Shown piece after piece: positions 54,246 to 57,128 of a stretch of 57,128 nt of DNA. Made by a program: the position numbers and the translations under genes. The stretch covers positions 1-57,128 of the forward strand of contig CAOJKK010000006.1 of the NCBI GenBank assembly GCA_948437895.1, read 5' to 3'. The notes beneath the pieces are model-generated. The model saw only the letters and a list, made by a program, of their open reading frames with translations. It ran no database searches and had not been told where the DNA came from. Positions within the stretch are counted from its first letter, which is position 1; each line of letters begins with the position of its first letter. This stretch comes from an uncultured Clostridium sp. Its GTDB lineage: Bacteria > Bacillota > Clostridia > TANB77 > CAG-508.

Positions 54246-56945
54246 ATGAAAGTAAATTGGTTTAATCAAACAGTAGATGAAACAATATCTAATTTAAAAA
54301 CAGATATAGAAAATGGTATCTCTACTGAAGAAGTTAAAAAGAGACAGGAAAAGTATGGGCTAAATGAACTAAAAGCAAAAAAGAAGAAGAGTTTATTTGT
54401 TAAATTCTTAGAGCAATTTAAGGACTTTATGATAATAGTTCTAATTATTTCTGCAATTGTTTCAGGAGTAGTTGGAGTAGCAGAAGGTGAAGGTATTACA
54501 GATACAATAATAATTCTAGTAGTTGTTCTTGTAAATGCGATAATAGGTGTGGCACAAGAAAACAAAGCGGAGAAATCACTAGAAGCTCTTCAAAAATTAA
54601 GTAGTCATGTTGCTAAAGTAATGAGAAATGGAAAGCTAGAGGTTATTCCATCAAGAGAATTGGTACCAGGTGATATTGTAATATTAGAAACAGGAGACTA
54701 TGTACCAGCAGATTTAAGAATAATAGAAGCAGTAAACTTAAAATCACAAGAAGCAGCTTTAACTGGTGAATCTGTGCCAGTAGAAAAAATGTCAGCTAAA
54801 ATAGATGATGAAAAAATAGGGATTGGTGACAGAATAAATATGTTATTTTCTTCTAGCTTAATAACATATGGTAGAGGAAAAGCAGTAGTTGTTGAAACAG
54901 GTATGAACACAGAAGTAGGAAAAATTGCAGATATAATAAATACTGCAGAAGACCAAGGAACACCACTTCAACAAAAACTAAATAAATTAGGTAAGACACT
55001 CGGAATTGTAGCGTTAGTAATCTGTGCATTAATATTTGGAGTAGGACTTCTTTATGGAAAAGAACCTATACACATGTTTATGACAGCTGTTAGTTTAGCT
55101 GTTGCAGCAATACCAGAAGGACTTCCAGCAGTATTTACAATAGTACTTGCGATAGGTGTACAAAGAATGGTAAAGAAAAATGCTATTGTAAAAAAACTTC
55201 CAGCAGTTGAGACATTAGGAAGTGCATCAGTTATATGTTCAGATAAAACAGGAACATTAACACAAAATAAAATGACAGTAGAAAAAGTATTTTGTGATGG
55301 AAATTTAGTAGATTTAAATAATGCAAAAGATATGATAGATATCAAAAAACTTGTATATGCAAGTATGCTTTGTAATGATACAAAAATATCTGATAATAAA
55401 GAACTTACAGGAGACCCAACAGAAACAGCATTAGTTGATATGGCTTTTAAATTGGATTTTGATCCATCTGTATATGGAATGTTTCCAAGAGTAGCAGAAA
55501 TACCATTTGATTCAGATAGAAAATTAATGACAACAGTTCATGAAGAAAATGGAAAATATGTAGTATATACAAAAGGTGGAGTAGATGAGCTTTTATCAAT
55601 TTCTAATTCATATTTATTACAAGGAGATATAAAAGAAGATTTAGATGAATACAAAGAGATAATTAGAAAATATAATATGGAAATGGCTAAAGGTGCTTTA
55701 AGAGTTTTAGCAATGGGATATAAAGTGTTAGACCATAAACCAACAGGAGAAGAAATAAAAGATTTAGAGTCTAATTTAACATACATTGGTATGGTTGGGA
55801 TGATAGACCCACCAAGGTTAGAAGTCAAAGATGCAGTTTCAAAATGTAAATCAGCTGGAATAAAAACAGTAATGATTACAGGAGACCACAAAATCACAGC
55901 AATGGCTATAGCAAAGAGCTTAGGTATACTAGAAAATGAAGATGAAGCAATAACAGGAACAGAATTAGAAGAAATGTCTGATGAAGATTTGATTAAGAAT
56001 GTAAGAAAATATTCTGTTTATGCAAGAGTTTCACCAGAACATAAAGTAAGAATAGTAAAGGCATGGCAAGCTAATGGAGAAATAGTTGCTATGACTGGAG
56101 ATGGAGTAAATGATGCACCATCACTTAAAATAGCAGACATTGGTTGTGCAATGGGTGTAGTTGGAACAGATGTTGCAAAAGAAGCGGCAGATGTTATATT
56201 AACAGATGATAACTTTGCAACTGTAGTATCAGCAGTAGAAGAGGGAAGAAGAATATATGATAATATATTAAAAGCAATTCAATTCCTATTATCTAGTAAT
56301 ATAGGGGAAATAGTAGTATTATTTGTGGCTATATTAATAACACCTCTTTTATCAAAAATATTTAATATAGATATAACACTAATAGAAACATTACTTCCAA
56401 TCCACATATTATGGATTAATTTAGTAACAGATTCACTTCCAGCACTTGCACTTGCAGTAGATCCTGCAGCAAAAGATGTAATGGAAAGGAAACCACAAAA
56501 GAATAAAAAAGGAATATTCACAAAAGGAATGACTTGGAGAATTATATATCAAGGAATAATGATTGGATTGCTTACACTTACTGCATTTATAATAGGACTT
56601 ACAACACCAGATGTAAGTGGCGAAGAAAAAGTTAAGATTGGTCAAACAATGGCATTCTATGTTCTAGCACTTTCAGAGTTAGTTCATGTATACAATATAA
56701 GAGATAATAAAAAATCAATATTTAAAACAGGAATATTTAATAACAGTAAATTAATACTAGCTACAATAGTATCTGCAGGACTTATGTTCATAATCTTAGC
56801 ATCACAAGGATTAAGAGATATATTCAGCCTAGCAGTACTTCCAACAATGCATATTGTAGAAATTGTACTTTTAGTATTTGCACCAGTATTAATAGTAGAG
56901 ATATTAAAGCTATTTAAAATAAATACTACAAAGGATGAAGAATAG
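54246..56945 (+). CDS. P-type IIA cation (Ca2+/Mn2+) ATPase, uninterrupted
   Basis: LTGES, PEGL, DKTGTLT, DPPR, TGDGVNDAP; 899 aa. Confidence 0.95.
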   Translation: MKVNWFNQTVDETISNLKTDIENGISTEEVKKRQEKYGLNELKAKKKKSLFVKFLEQFKDFMIIVLIISAIVSGVVGVAEGEGITDTIIILVVVLVNAIIGVAQENKAEKSLEALQKLSSHVAKVMRNGKLEVIPSRELVPGDIVILETGDYVPADLRIIEAVNLKSQEAALTGESVPVEKMSAKIDDEKIGIGDRINMLFSSSLITYGRGKAVVVETGMNTEVGKIADIINTAEDQGTPLQQKLNKLGKTLGIVALVICALIFGVGLLYGKEPIHMFMTAVSLAVAAIPEGLPAVFTIVLAIGVQRMVKKNAIVKKLPAVETLGSASVICSDKTGTLTQNKMTVEKVFCDGNLVDLNNAKDMIDIKKLVYASMLCNDTKISDNKELTGDPTETALVDMAFKLDFDPSVYGMFPRVAEIPFDSDRKLMTTVHEENGKYVVYTKGGVDELLSISNSYLLQGDIKEDLDEYKEIIRKYNMEMAKGALRVLAMGYKVLDHKPTGEEIKDLESNLTYIGMVGMIDPPRLEVKDAVSKCKSAGIKTVMITGDHKITAMAIAKSLGILENEDEAITGTELEEMSDEDLIKNVRKYSVYARVSPEHKVRIVKAWQANGEIVAMTGDGVNDAPSLKIADIGCAMGVVGTDVAKEAADVILTDDNFATVVSAVEEGRRIYDNILKAIQFLLSSNIGEIVVLFVAILITPLLSKIFNIDITLIETLLPIHILWINLVTDSLPALALAVDPAAKDVMERKPQKNKKGIFTKGMTWRIIYQGIMIGLLTLTAFIIGLTTPDVSGEEKVKIGQTMAFYVLALSELVHVYNIRDNKKSIFKTGIFNNSKLILATIVSAGLMFIILASQGLRDIFSLAVLPTMHIVEIVLLVFAPVLIVEILKLFKINTTKDEE

Positions 56946-57029
56946 AAGAAAAAAACTAACAAAAGGGGATAGCACATAGTGTATGGCAGTCCTCTTTTGT
57001 TGAATTCATTAAAATTTTATAAAAACTAC

Positions 57030-57058
57030 TTGACAGTAATACTTGAAAATGCTAAAAT
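57030..57058 (+). promoter_or_regulatory. SigA promoter of tRNA-Leu
   Basis: TTGACA-17 bp-TAAAAT. Confidence 0.75.
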
Positions 57059-57078
57059 AAATCTTGTCAATTAAATAT

Positions 57079-57128
57079 GCGGATGTGGCGGAACTGGCAG
57101 ACGCGCTGGTCTTAGGAACCAGTGCCAA
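57079..57128 (+). tRNA. tRNA-Leu(TAG), truncated by window end
   Basis: GCGGATGTGGCGGAACTGGCAGACGCG-CTGGT-CT-TAG-GA-ACCAG. Confidence 0.9.

Overview
Very AT-rich chromosomal window from a spore-forming Clostridia-class bacterium. The lineage is an inference from polC, radA-disA, CotF/PdaB-like genes and a GITLVAL pilin-like protein. Content is mostly housekeeping: pyrH-frr-uppS-cdsA-rseP-polC, murL-murD, PNP, two P-type ATPases, rsmD, ftsK, radA-disA, eno, dxs, efp, five tRNAs, tmRNA and a yybP-ykoY riboswitch. There is also a RAYT/REP system, an IS30 element and two dGTPase-like HD proteins. The main discovery is that nine conserved genes, including polC, ftsK, rseP and dxs, are split at 16 sites. 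Every break is an in-frame CGG followed by A or T. Reading CGG[A/T] as one glycine (skipping the C) restores the family motifs and full-length proteins. By eye, no conserved gene uses in-frame CGG as Arg. This points to a lineage-wide recoding system: context-independent +1 frameshifting or quadruplet decoding, CGGN = Gly. The mechanism and its novelty cannot be established from sequence alone.
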